From: Girardia tigrina
Lineage: Eukaryota
Direction of reading: 5' to 3'
DNA length: 50,977 nt
NCBI GenBank assembly: GCA_001938485.1
Contig: MQRK01231771.1
Coordinates: 3,158 to 54,134, forward strand
Below, piece by piece: positions 13,001 to 25,900 of the stretch. Each line of letters opens with the position of its first letter. Position 1 is the first letter of the stretch. Made by a program: the position numbers and the translations under genes. Under the pieces are notes generated by a model that saw only the letters and a program-made list of their open reading frames with translations, ran no database searches and had not been told where the DNA came from.

Positions 13001-13906
13001 CATTGAGACATCAGTTTACAATAGCTTCTCGTCGAAATGTTCACAAAACAATTCCAGTTTTTAACACGATTTATTTGGTAACATTAAATTAATCGATTAT
13101 ACATAATAATATACACCAGAGGTCTCTAAACTATAGATCGCAGACGTAACGAATTCTACTATTTAACTTTCACTATTGAATAATATATCTGGATTAACAA
13201 TCTGGGTAGTATATGTTAACAACAAACGATACACTGATGATACAGCTCTCATAGTTGATTCAATGGAGAAGCTCAAAGCAATCGTTGAGAAACTAGTCAA
13301 AGAAAATGAGCGAAAACGACTGTTTATCAATGTGAAGAAACAGCACCAACGAGAAGACACCACCTATTTGTACTATACTTATCAATGGTCGAAAAGTCAA
13401 CAGTTTCAATTACTTGGGAAGTTTGATCACTTTGGATGGCAGATTTGATCAAGAGATCAAACGAAGAATGTTCATGGCTAATGATACACAAATAGTAAAA
13501 TCAAAATTTTTTACAAAGCTAAGAAACCCTAACCCTGTTCTTTCACATGATTCAGAAAATTGGACGATTTCACAAGAAATGTCAATTTCATCATTGGAAA
13601 GATTGTTAGTAAAGAGAGATTGCGGTAAACAACGCCTATCATATTTGAAAAGCATATTCATCATGTTAAACGTTTCTAGTGTGCAATTACTTCAGAATAC
13701 CAGAAATCGTTTGTTGTGGAGGTCAATGGGCTCCGATGTCCTGAAGGAATAGAGCACTGTAAAATAAGATCTATGTACCCTAGTTTGATCATAGATCTAT
13801 TATTTTAACGTTGATTATATTGGACTAAATTAATCAAACCGGTTAGTTTGATGAGCCTAGTTATACACACACACACACANNNNNNNNNNNNNNNNNNNNN
13901 NNNNNN

Positions 13907-13948
<42 letters not shown>

Positions 13949-16900
13949 CTTTGAACAATTAAATTATATACTTAAGTAATTAAACTCTAAAGAAATAAAA
14001 AATTAATCAAATCACAGATCGTCCACGAACAATAATTAACAAAACAAATAGATAAAGAACCCGGAATTGTCGAGAGTAAAAACCACGATAACTTGATCGA
14101 TTGTTAGAAGGATAAATTGCAATAAATAGATCGATTGTTAACAGGACTAATCGCTTATATTTTTTGATAAAATTTATATTAAAAATATCACCTAACGTAT
14201 TTTAGGTATCTAAACAATATTTTTTTCCTAAAATAATTACACTAGAGTTTTGCTATTTTTTTTTAAAGAAAAACTTTCAATTCGGAAGTGTTTTCATGTA
14301 TCAAATTTATATAATTTTAACTCTATTAAAATGCAACCATTTTTGAATAATATAATTTTTAAAAACTTGATTTCTCTTTTCTTTTCCACTTTACTTTCTT
14401 CCTCATTTATTAATCAACAAAACATGCTGACTTTAGGCTTTAGGAAATATTGTCTTGTTAATAATTAATTTATTTTTTATTACATGAATTTCAAATCTAT
14501 CTTTTGTAAATTAAGGGTAATGCGTAATTAAAGGTAACGTTGTGTTATAGTCTTAAATAAAAGATTAATAAGATTGTTTATAAAATATTTATTAACAAAA
14601 AAACAATGTTTAAAGAGTAATAATTAATAATTTCTATTTTTTAAATCATTTTTAATAATTATCATAAATGATAATATAACATCCTCCTTAGGAAATCATT
14701 AATATTTTGATACTGGATTCCTAGTGCTTTTAATCGGGTATCTCATTTTCCTGATAATTGAATCTTTCTCATTTACTTGATTCATAATCTATTGGTGCGT
14801 TTAACTCCCCGTTGTATTTTTATAACTGATTATAATTTCTTCTCATTACTTTCTGCGATGTTTCATCTTGAAGAATATTGATGATGCCTAATACATAACG
14901 ATGACCATCTTTAGTACAACGAAAGGACCACAAATATCTATTTCAATCATTTGAAATGGTTGGTTTACGAAAAATCTCTGAAGAGGGACTTTATCACAAC
15001 CGTTTTTCCCTTCATTCTCGAACATGCTTCACATTTTGTAACGTAATTCCTTATATCTGTTGTCATGTCTGAACAATAAAATTCAATTTTCATTTATAAC
15101 TTTTGTAATATTATAGATAATATAAATTGATTATTTATTTTAGTAAAAATACAAATATTAATATATTACTAACTGTAAAAATAAGGAATCTGATTAAATA
15201 ACTGACAAGCAATAGTTTCGATATCTTTACAAATAAAAATACGACTGAATGACAAACAAACCAAGCTGACCAAAAAAGAGTTTTTGATGAGCTTAGTTGT
15301 TGAAAAAAATAACGCAAATAATAATAAAATAATATTCAGTAAAATTAGAATCAGGATTTTAACTAATAACAGTTTAATTGGATAACAATTACTTACAAAC
15401 TCGTATGATTATACACAAAATGGATAGCAAAAACAGAGATAGGCAATTCAATGTTCGATCAAGAGTTTAATCAACGGATTAGTTAACGAAATCGCAAAAA
15501 AAATGTCTGTCGGAAATCTTGCCGTCAGGAAATACAGAATAATATTTATTTCTATAGTGATTGCAATTTGAAATTTGATTCAAATTGCAATTATCATGAT
15601 AATTAAATTATTATTACAATATAATTATCACGACAATATAATTAAATTATCATGACAATAAAAATTTGGACGATTGTCATACAATTCATATAGATGGCTT
15701 GAATTAATATAATTAATAATAATTAATATAAGAAAATGTTTCATTCTTTTCTTTATCTATCCTTCTTTATCTTCTTCTTTGTTTCCATCACTTGACAAAC
15801 AAATTTGCGTAAAGATAAAAGTAAAAATATGAATAAAAAATAACATTTAAATAAATTACCACATCACATGTTGTCAGAGTATGTACAACTCACGTATACG
15901 CACGTAAAAAGACAAAAAAAGAAAAAAATATATAAATAAAATAAACTGTTAACAACGAAATTGAGAGGTTATTACACAAAACGTTTGCTAAAATGAAGTA
16001 TCACACTAACTATAACAACCTCGTGTTATATTATCACTAAACATAAAAGCACAAATGAAAATAACTATTTCACAATACACAGGTAAAAAATAAAAACATT
16101 TTGATAAATATTTATTTTTCTTTTATTTAATTTTTCAATATTTAAAACTCATTTTTTTAATTTTAATTTTTGTTTTAAATAATTCTGTTATTATTATCTA
16201 CCTGCAATTGTAAGTAGTTGAATTATTATAATTATTAATATATTTATTAATATATATTGCAGATATTAATATATAATTTTTATTTAATTATCTACTTACA
16301 ATTTTAAGTAGATTATCAAGCTTGAGGCTTAAACAAACAAACAAACATTTGGTAAATATATAAGTTTATGGACATGTATAATAAGTTTAAATGAATTTCT
16401 ATAAATAATGATAAAATCATAAAAAATATAATGTTATTAAAAAGATAATTAAGTCATATATGATTATAAAAGTAATTTGGAGCAAAAAACATACCTGGTG
16501 TACGGAGAGCTAATGAGGAGCGAATGGCTGTTGTCCTGTTGGAGGTTTCTATTTGTTGCGGTTGTTGATTTTGGAGTAAATTGAGGTCAATCTGAAGAAC
16601 GATAGTTGTTGACTGATTAGGTTCAACGAAAAAATTACCATAGTCTCAGACATCTGCTCATTATTCGCACGTCGGATTTCAAATGCTGTGTTCGGATTAT
16701 CAAGCTTCATTCTGATTTGCACCTGAAGTAGTGCGTAAGCCAGTTTCGGGTTATCAATTAGGTATTGGCGAGCTTCACACGGATGGTTCTCAATATATTG
16801 TTTCATTTGTGGGATCAAGTCACACAGTTTTTCCTGTGTCATTCTCGCAACTGTCTGTCCAACTACCGACCCAGCTTGTTGTGTGTTGCATTTCTCTTCA

Positions 16901-19900
16901 TAGATATTTCGAAACTCCGTGCTGTTCTTGTCCCGATTGGAAGAAATGATCTTTAACGGCTGGTCGTTGTAGGCCAATGTAATTGTAGCGACTGTATCAC
17001 TGTTATTTTGACTATCGATATCAGTATCAACCTAAATGTAAACATTGAAAGTGCAATTGCTTTAAGTACAATAATTAATTTCGTTTCAGAAAATTAAGAA
17101 GATACAATATATATGATAGTGTATTTACTAATTGAAAATTTTGAAATTCATTGCTCTTAATACCTGAATGTTTCTATTGAAAAACTAAAGTTTGTTGATA
17201 AAATAGAGTGGAATCTTTTATCTTAGTGATGATAATTAAACATTGTGTCTAATAGCATCCTTTTAATCTGCATTCATTTTTGAGGGAAAAATGATTATTT
17301 TTTATTTAGAATTCATTTTCAATAACAACTTTGGGGATAAATTTCGTTGTATTTAAGGAATTTCGGTTTTTCAATGCACAAATTATTTAAAGAAGTGTAA
17401 CGAAATACGCTTATTGAGAATGACAATATAACTTTTAATATTTTTATTAATAATCCAACCAAAGGATCAAGGCGTTACATTCAATTTTCAGGTTTATTAT
17501 TTGTGGCGAACATTTAGGTAGATGTTTGAAAAACAGACGGAGAAAAGAAGCAATCAATAAAAGAATTTTGGAAAAAGCACATTATCATAAATGCTGTAAA
17601 ACGCAAAAACCTTTCTTGGAGTGAAAATTAATTAATAAATTATCGGAAAATTGACATATAACCTAAACCTAATAGACCTAAGAAATTGACCTATAAAAAA
17701 GTCCTGCCCTTTAAAATTGACCAATAAATTTGAAATTTACCTAAAAAATTGACGCATATAACAACAATTCACTTTAAATTAAAAATAGACCATTAAATAC
17801 ACAAGTAAACTAAATAGTTAAAAAACATTACCATTGAAAATCGTTTATTAAACAAAAAAGTAATTTTTAACATTTTTAACGTCAAAATTGAGGTCTTTTG
17901 AGAAAAGTTTTTTTTTTAATCTAGAAAAACTTCTCTCAACAGAAGTGTTTGAGCATGGGGCTTTAATTAAAAACGCATGAGTTTCAGGCGACATTTTTCG
18001 ATTTGGCTCTTCCAAAAACGAAAAAATATCATTTTTATACAATTACTTGATAATGTATTGCTTGATTTCAGCTGGGCCTTCTTCAATTTTTTGATTGCAA
18101 GTCACATTTGTGAATATAGAAGTTTGTGTTTTCGCTTTCGTTCAATAAACGAATAATGCAAACGTATTCTCGAATGATTTTTTTCAAAAGTGCCATTCAA
18201 ATAGAGGATATCAAAAAATCAAGGTCTTCGAATTTTAAATACATACATCAGTTGTGCAGTAGGTGGAGGCTTAACTAAAATTATTTCTTTTAACGATTGC
18301 ACTTTTCGCTGAATACTTTTTAATCAAAGATTTATTTATTCGGGTTTTAACACAATTGTCTAAAGTTGTTGGTTTTCTTCAAAAAAATAAAAAAGATCAA
18401 AATTGTTGGAACTTCGATAAACCACTTTCGATATTTATCGAACATTTAAACACTTGGATAAACATTAAAAAAGATTTATTTCTTCGATTCAGTAGTTCAT
18501 AATAAAGTTCTACTTTAAAATTTCGTCCAAATTTCAGTATTTTTAGAATGAACGATTCCGTGAATACTCCACTAAACACATAAAAGCATCTTTGGATGTT
18601 AGCCTGCCTTATCAATAATCTGTAGTGATATATTCGGAGGGTATCACTGCTTTTCGTACTTTAGATTATTTAATCTTTTTTTAATCTTTACTGATCAAGT
18701 GTTGAAAAACCGCACTTATATTGGGCCATAGGAGTAATAGGTTGCAGCTAGTGCATTGGTTAAATTTGTTTTCTTCAGGCGAACTATGTTGGATTTTCAA
18801 TTACTGTAAATAACAGAATTTATAAATTATCTAGGATCTTAAATTTGAAAATCACTTTAGAATATCTCGTTAAAATTTTGGGACATTGCACACATGATTA
18901 TTTTTTTATTTAAGAGACATAAATTGGGTCGATTTAAAACTATAGTTATAATTTAAGTTTAGTTTAATAAGTTTAGAAATTTTTACCGAATATGTTTACA
19001 TAATCTTTAACTTTAAATTAATTGAAAAAAGCTAATCAGAGTACAGTATTTACTCTCTCAACCGCCATTTTCTCTCAGTCGCCATTTTTTCTTAACCTCA
19101 TGAATCAGGGGATACAAAATTGACTTTTTCAGATTTAAAATGGGATAATTTTTAGAAAGTGTTTAATTTAGAAAAATACATACTTTTAAATATCAATTAT
19201 TGTTTAAATATCAGATAAATATCAATTATTGGCGAATTTAAAAATCAAGGAAATTCACAAAATTGACCATAAATAACATATCCAAAATGTGTCAGACTTA
19301 CAATCAGTGAAAAAATCGAAATTATACGGTATTGTAACACAAATCCACACGTAACAGACAATCAAATTGCGCCCATGTTTGAGCATAAATTTAAAAAACA
19401 AGTTTCTCGATGGATGATCAATGATTTAAGGAAGAAAGAAAGACGATTTATTAAAAAAATGTGAATTTAGAATCAAAGGATAAATATCGCAATCCTATAT
19501 TAAAATATGGAAAAATAGACGAGGAATTATCTGATTATTGATTCTGCGGGTGGAATAATTAATGACAGCATATTAATAAACAAAGCTTTATCTATCACAA
19601 AGACTCAAAATATCATGGACTTCGAAGGATCAGTTGGATGGCTGCTAAAATTCAAAGCAAGACATGAAATTAAGTTGATGAAGTTACATGGAGAATCTTT
19701 TACAACAGCACTTCCAAATAATGAAGATTTTTTAAATGTTTTAAATTCGTTCTTATGGTCCGGATAATGTATACAATGCCGATGAAACTGGTATTTTTTA
19801 TAAACTCAATCTTTCCAAAATTTTGTGTAAAAATGTGAGAAGCGGGTATAAAATATTGAAATATAGAATATCTGTTCTTTTGTGTACAAATATGACGGGA

Positions 19901-22900
19901 AAGAATAAGGCAAAACCTTTAGTCATCGGGAAATTTAAAAAACCATGTTTTAAGCAATTTCCTATTGAGACTTGTAAAATATGTAAATTCATCAAGAGCT
20001 TGGATGACAGCCGCAATTTTTAACAAATGGCTGTTGGAATGGGATTTGGAACTTTGGAAGACAAGAACAAAAATTTTATTGGTTATTGATAATTGTCCGT
20101 TACATCGTGTTGATATTGATTTAAAATGCATAGATATTTAGTTTTTGCCAGAAAATTTAACAGCAACGCTACAGCCGTTAGATCAAGGAGTAATAAAGTG
20201 TTTTAAATCAATTTTTACTAATAAAAAATTGTCCGATATTATTGAAAAAGTTGAAAGTGGATGTAATGTTTTTGATTCTTACAAAAAACTTACAATAAAA
20301 GATGCAGTAGTTTGGATAAGTTTTGCTTGGCATGAATTAACAACTTCGGCAATTGCAAATTGTTTTAAACATGCTAATTGGTATTGGGAAACAAAAGATA
20401 TAGAAATAAATGATCAATACGAAGTTGATGTATTTGATGAATTTATACTGAAAACTAATATCTTGGATCCTATTTATGAAAAAGAGTTTAACGAGCTGGC
20501 TTTTGATGAAACAGACGTGATGTTCTACTAATTTTAATCAATATTTTAAATGGTAGTAGTTACGCAATTTATCAATTTATTGATATTTTAAAACTCAAAT
20601 TCGTATTTATCTAGCAATAATTATCACTAGCAATTAGCATCACAATACCAAAAGCACATAACCATTGACCATAATCAATGTTGCTATTCAAAATAACCGA
20701 CTAATAAATTACGACAATAAAACAAAATTAATATTAAATAAATGAAAAATCAACGCAGCGTATAACATTGTGGTGCTCGTGAAAATTTTAATCGAAAATT
20801 TAACTGAAAAAAAATTAAAAAATAATAAAAACTAATTATCGTTGTTTTAATAAGTATGAAAAAAATGACATAATTTTAAAAACTCTGGAATTCATGTTAA
20901 AATCGGATTTGAAAGTCACTAAATGCTAATTCGGTATTAATTGCTTTTTTTTCTTGCTTGAAGAAATGAAACCTAATTCTACGTTCTAATGAGTAGCGAA
21001 TCGAATCTTATTGCTCGATGACGAGCTCAATCAGCCGGATCACTTCCGCCATCGCCTAATACAATTTGGCAATGCCCGGCGGATTTCCATGACTACGCCA
21101 ACTACACATTCGGATCTCTGGTCCACGAATCTAGACGATTAAACATCACATCGAGCGTTATCGGCGATCACAGCCATGGGGACATAGTAAGTGAAGCCAC
21201 GACGATTTTGGTGAGAGACAATAAGGTCATTCCAGAAATGTTCAGTCACTCTCAGTCGTTTTGCCTTTCATTTATATGTGTAGAAACGTTACCTAGATCG
21301 TGATGCTCAATAGGCGACAGTGTAAAATCAACGTGAGAAAAGCAATTGGAAATCGTGGATGATTTCACCTCATTCCAAGCTCGTCTCAACAAATTCATGG
21401 GATCTAAAAGATCAAAGCTAAACTCACTTTGTACCTCCAAGACAATGATATAATTTTCCACAAAACGTTGATGATAACTCTTTAAACTGCGAAATACACC
21501 ATCATCAGGCGGTTGTGTATGCCTGGTAGTATTTGAAGGCAAGAAAAAGGGAAATGTTGGAGTATAAAAGTCTGTGCGGATGTGCGGGACTGTTATCGAA
21601 AATAACTACAATCTTTCTGTGAGCTTTTTTCATTGCCTCAATCAGTCCGTTTAAGTAAGAGGTAAAACTGCCGCAGTTATTATTGGCGTTATACACGACT
21701 GGAATTCGTTTTCTTCGACAGCAGCGAGGCTGAGAAGATTGTCCAATAACCTTTAACGGAAATTTGTCTCCTTCTATACTTGCACCTACCAATACAAGCA
21801 CTCGCTCTTTCGCCAACTTACCACCAATGAATTTGTCACCCTTTTCAACTAAAGAAACACCAGGTTTCATTTTCCAGAAGAGGGCTGTTTCATCTAAGTT
21901 GTATATGTCGCATGGTTTAAATTAGGAAAGAATGTTCTGAACAGAAACTTCCTTCAACTCTTTGAAATCATTCTCCTTTACATCAGCAGCTTCTCCGGAA
22001 TAATTACAACTGGTGATATTGTATCTTACTTTCCAACGATCAATCCAAGAACGCTTAATCTGTCTGTCAGAATCAGCACCTAAAAGGTCCATTGCAAACT
22101 TAAGTGCTTTTTCCAAGAGAAATGGGCCTGTCAGGTCAGCGACATTCTTTTCCCGCATTGTTCTGAACCACAAGATCAATGCTTGATCAATGTCCTCAAA
22201 AGTGGACTTTCTTTGACGTTTTGTGCTTGTGCTAATGCTGCCACTCTGAACTTTTTGCAAAGGTTCCGTGAAATTTCAATGGATTTGGCTCGTCCATTTG
22301 TTCTGCTTCGTGAATTTGAAATGGATTTGTCTTGTCCATAGGTGCTATATCGTGGGTGATGGCTGAAAGATGGGGCCAATCAAGTGTTTCGGACATTATT
22401 TTAACCTGGGTAGTCCCGGTTTCGATGGTGGCCGGTATTGTCATCGGTTGTTGTGATCACTGGGTCGATCATTTCGCATCCACGTGTGGATCGTCGGGTA
22501 CTGGGTTTGATCCATAATTACGTTCGGCAGAAGAGAGGGCTGTCCATTCATGCGATCGGTGTACATTGTTAAAAATTTGATTAATAGGTGAAATTTAAAG
22601 ATTTTACTGGAATTTGGGTTTGAGCTGAGATATTGTGTTGCCGCCATCAGAGAATTTTCAAAGTAGGCACTCGTATTACCTTGCTCCTTCTTTCTGATAC
22701 ATATCTCCATCATTTATTGATATTATTTTTATTTGATTAATTTAACATTGATAAAACCGTTGATCTATATTATCAAATTTATGAAAATCAATAACTGCTA
22801 GTATTAAACTTATTTGGCAAACAAGGATTAACCAGTTTTGGTCATTCCTTTTTAAAATCAAAACCATTTTAGTAAAAGTGTGTAAATTTGTTGTATCTAA

Positions 22901-25900
22901 TAAATAAATATTATTAAAACCAATTCTCAGTTGTTTTATAAATTTCAATAAAACATAAATTTCTTTCAATATAAATTATTACTTCACATTTATAACACAT
23001 ACAGCCAATCTGCAGAATTACTAATCTTTTGAATTAATGACCGATCTATATAATAATTTAGTGTTCTCCTATGGGGATATCCATAAAGGACGTCACACAG
23101 GAGGGGGAGGGTGTGCAGAATTTTGTGACGAAGTGTGACGAGGGGACAGGGGATTTGTGAAGTGTTAAATTTTAATCGATCGTCCAATATTTTGTATTGG
23201 GAGCTGATTGAAAAATAGTTAATATTTTTCAAATATTTCAAGAAGTAGATGAAACATGATTCCCTATAAACTTCGATATATGCTGATCATCGTGGTCTAT
23301 AATATAGTTAAATAATTAAAGGACTAAATAATTAGTTTTGATATCGCTAATCTTTGTAAATATCTAAATCCGAAGGAATCTTCTTCCCGGTAAACTTCCC
23401 TTGTGTAATCGTAGATAAATTGCCTACCGAATTTGGTCGTAATATTAAAAAGATGTCACCAAAACTCCATCATCTGCGATCGACACTTAGTCGGTTTGAT
23501 GGACTAAGCCGTTCGGACTCTTAAGATGTTCATAATCGTAATGGAAATGGACTTGTCCTTTGGTAAAGTGCAAAAATCGTTGGGCTGTCGCGGATAAAAT
23601 CTGGTCACTGTAGCATTGCCATACGTAACTGGGGCCTCGAGTTATTTGTAATTATTTCATATCCATTAGAAGATGAGACGTCCGCCTCTTTCTTTAGTTT
23701 CCTTTCTTTAAATTGACAAAAGCCGTGACATTTTCAATGCTTTTTTTGTTAAGAAATTTTGCGGGAAAACATTTTGAATTGAAAAAAATTATCGTTCGTA
23801 ACCATTTTCTATTTTGTTTTCAAAACGATTCAGATTATGAGTGTTGAAAATATTACTCAGAATGGTGAATATAACTAATTTATTAATTTAAAATATATTA
23901 AGATGTTGGATATATTATGACAAATAAGCTTAAGGATCGTATATCAAAAAAGATAGGATTAAATCCCTGAGCTCACTTGGGTATAATAAAAATTAGTGTT
24001 TGAAATTATCACAAACAAAATTAAACAATAAATAATGAGAAAATATGGAGTAGTTTTATCACAGATAAGGACGAATTAGAGAGTAATGTAGAGAGAATAA
24101 AAATTACTTTATCAGTGAGTATCCGGTTATCAGTTATTTCTTAGATGAACGAAGATTGAAATAAGGTCCTTGGGTAATTAACAATTTTAGGTTTGATACT
24201 GGATTATAAAAATATATTCTTCAAACAGGGACTATTTTTGTTCTTGTTAATTCTGAATTTTTACTTATATTGGTGGAATTGTTGACGAAAAAATGCAATT
24301 GAATAATATTTCTGTGCTATTTTGGAAATGCGCAGGATAATTAATGTATAATGATCGTTTATTTGGCTGACTTTCTCTTCAATTTACTTGAATAAAAGAT
24401 TAACTTGGTCAAATGAATTTTGCGATTCTGACAGGAATATTGCCAATTCTAATTACTGTTTTGAATTTTTAATTTGTATTTTTTGACATTACCAAGTAAT
24501 TCAATTGATCTAATATTTTTTTAATTGATTTTTTATATCTTTCAATTTTAACTTCCATTACTAATGTAATAATTCTTCTGATTTTTGTTTCATTTTTTCT
24601 TTTCTCTTGGTTGTTTCTTTTTTTTAACAAAAAATATACAAAAAAATAAATTAATACGCACATAATTATATATATCTAAATATATATATTTTAATATAAA
24701 TAAGTATAGTGAGGCAAGACACTAGATTCCAGCGACTATAGGTCACTACAATGAGTATACCTAACAATGAACGAAGATGCCATAATTCGAAATTGGGTTT
24801 AAATAGTCAAAATATTGAAACGATCACAAAATATTTTGCGAGAGTATGTTGATAAATCGACCAGAAAACACTCTTAATTACCGCATTGAAAGTGAGAAAT
24901 CTAACAATCGATATTAACAGTTCGCCGTTTTAGGATTCTTTTTTCAATCTCGTCATTTGCGATACCGCAATTTCCGAGTTTCTTTACCGATTGTCTGGTC
25001 TTCTAAACATCAAAAAGTTTTACATTGAAATAAATCAAAATCTCAGTAATTTTAACAAACTGAATTTTTCAACAATCAGTTTGAAAATCGAAACGATTTC
25101 TGTTGAGCATAATATTATTTGATCGATATCCGCGAAAATGATCGGGAATTTGACGAATTTTACAATGTTGAAGTTGTCGAATAAAAAATCGGGTTTATTG
25201 AAGATTTGAAATATGAAAGATTGCAAAAGTTGAGTTTGCTAAACAATTTCTAGTTGACGCTGAAAGAGACTTATTTCTAGAATTTTAGGGATCATCTGTT
25301 GATCGTTCAACGATCTGCGTAGCGAGGCTTCCATGCTTCATCTTTGGAGTTACTGAATTCGCTCGGAGACAAATTTGATCGTCGCTAACCTTAAGTGAGC
25401 AAAGGCGCTCAAAAATCCGCCGCGACTCTGCTTTTTGATAATACATTATCATATCGTCTCGGTTCAAATCCCAATCATCGATTAGGGTCCTTAAGAGGAC
25501 CGTTATTCTTTCACTTCTTTTGATTAGTTCATTTATTTTCAAGATTGCTTCTTCAATTTCCTGATTCGACTTCATCATCGCTTCAATTTTATGAAAAAAA
25601 TGATAATAATAATAAGAATCCACCAGTCAATCAATAATATTTATTCGTTGTTAAAACTCTATAATAATTGTTTTAATAATACATTAAAACAATTACATAA
25701 TATTAATTACTTTTCTTTCAAAACTTACAATTTTCTTTTTTACATAATTTAATAACATTATTATAATTAACTCTTCGATAACACAATTAAAATTTTTAAC
25801 AAAAAAAACTATTGTTCGTGTTCAGTTATATCCAAGAAAACAATATAATTATAATCTTTTCTAATCCGAGTCCATCAATTAGAAACAAATTTAAAAACGA

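Noticed and set aside
15560-15591. 13-bp inverted repeat ATTGCAATTTGAA/TTCAAATTGCAAT
   Set aside because: Short and AT-rich; compatible with chance or a repair-generated palindrome.
16495-16551. In-frame TAG codons as evidence for a TAR=Gln genetic code
   Set aside because: The MCC-beta-like exons contain no in-frame TAA/TAG, and the 26-nt intron or a frameshift explains the stops.
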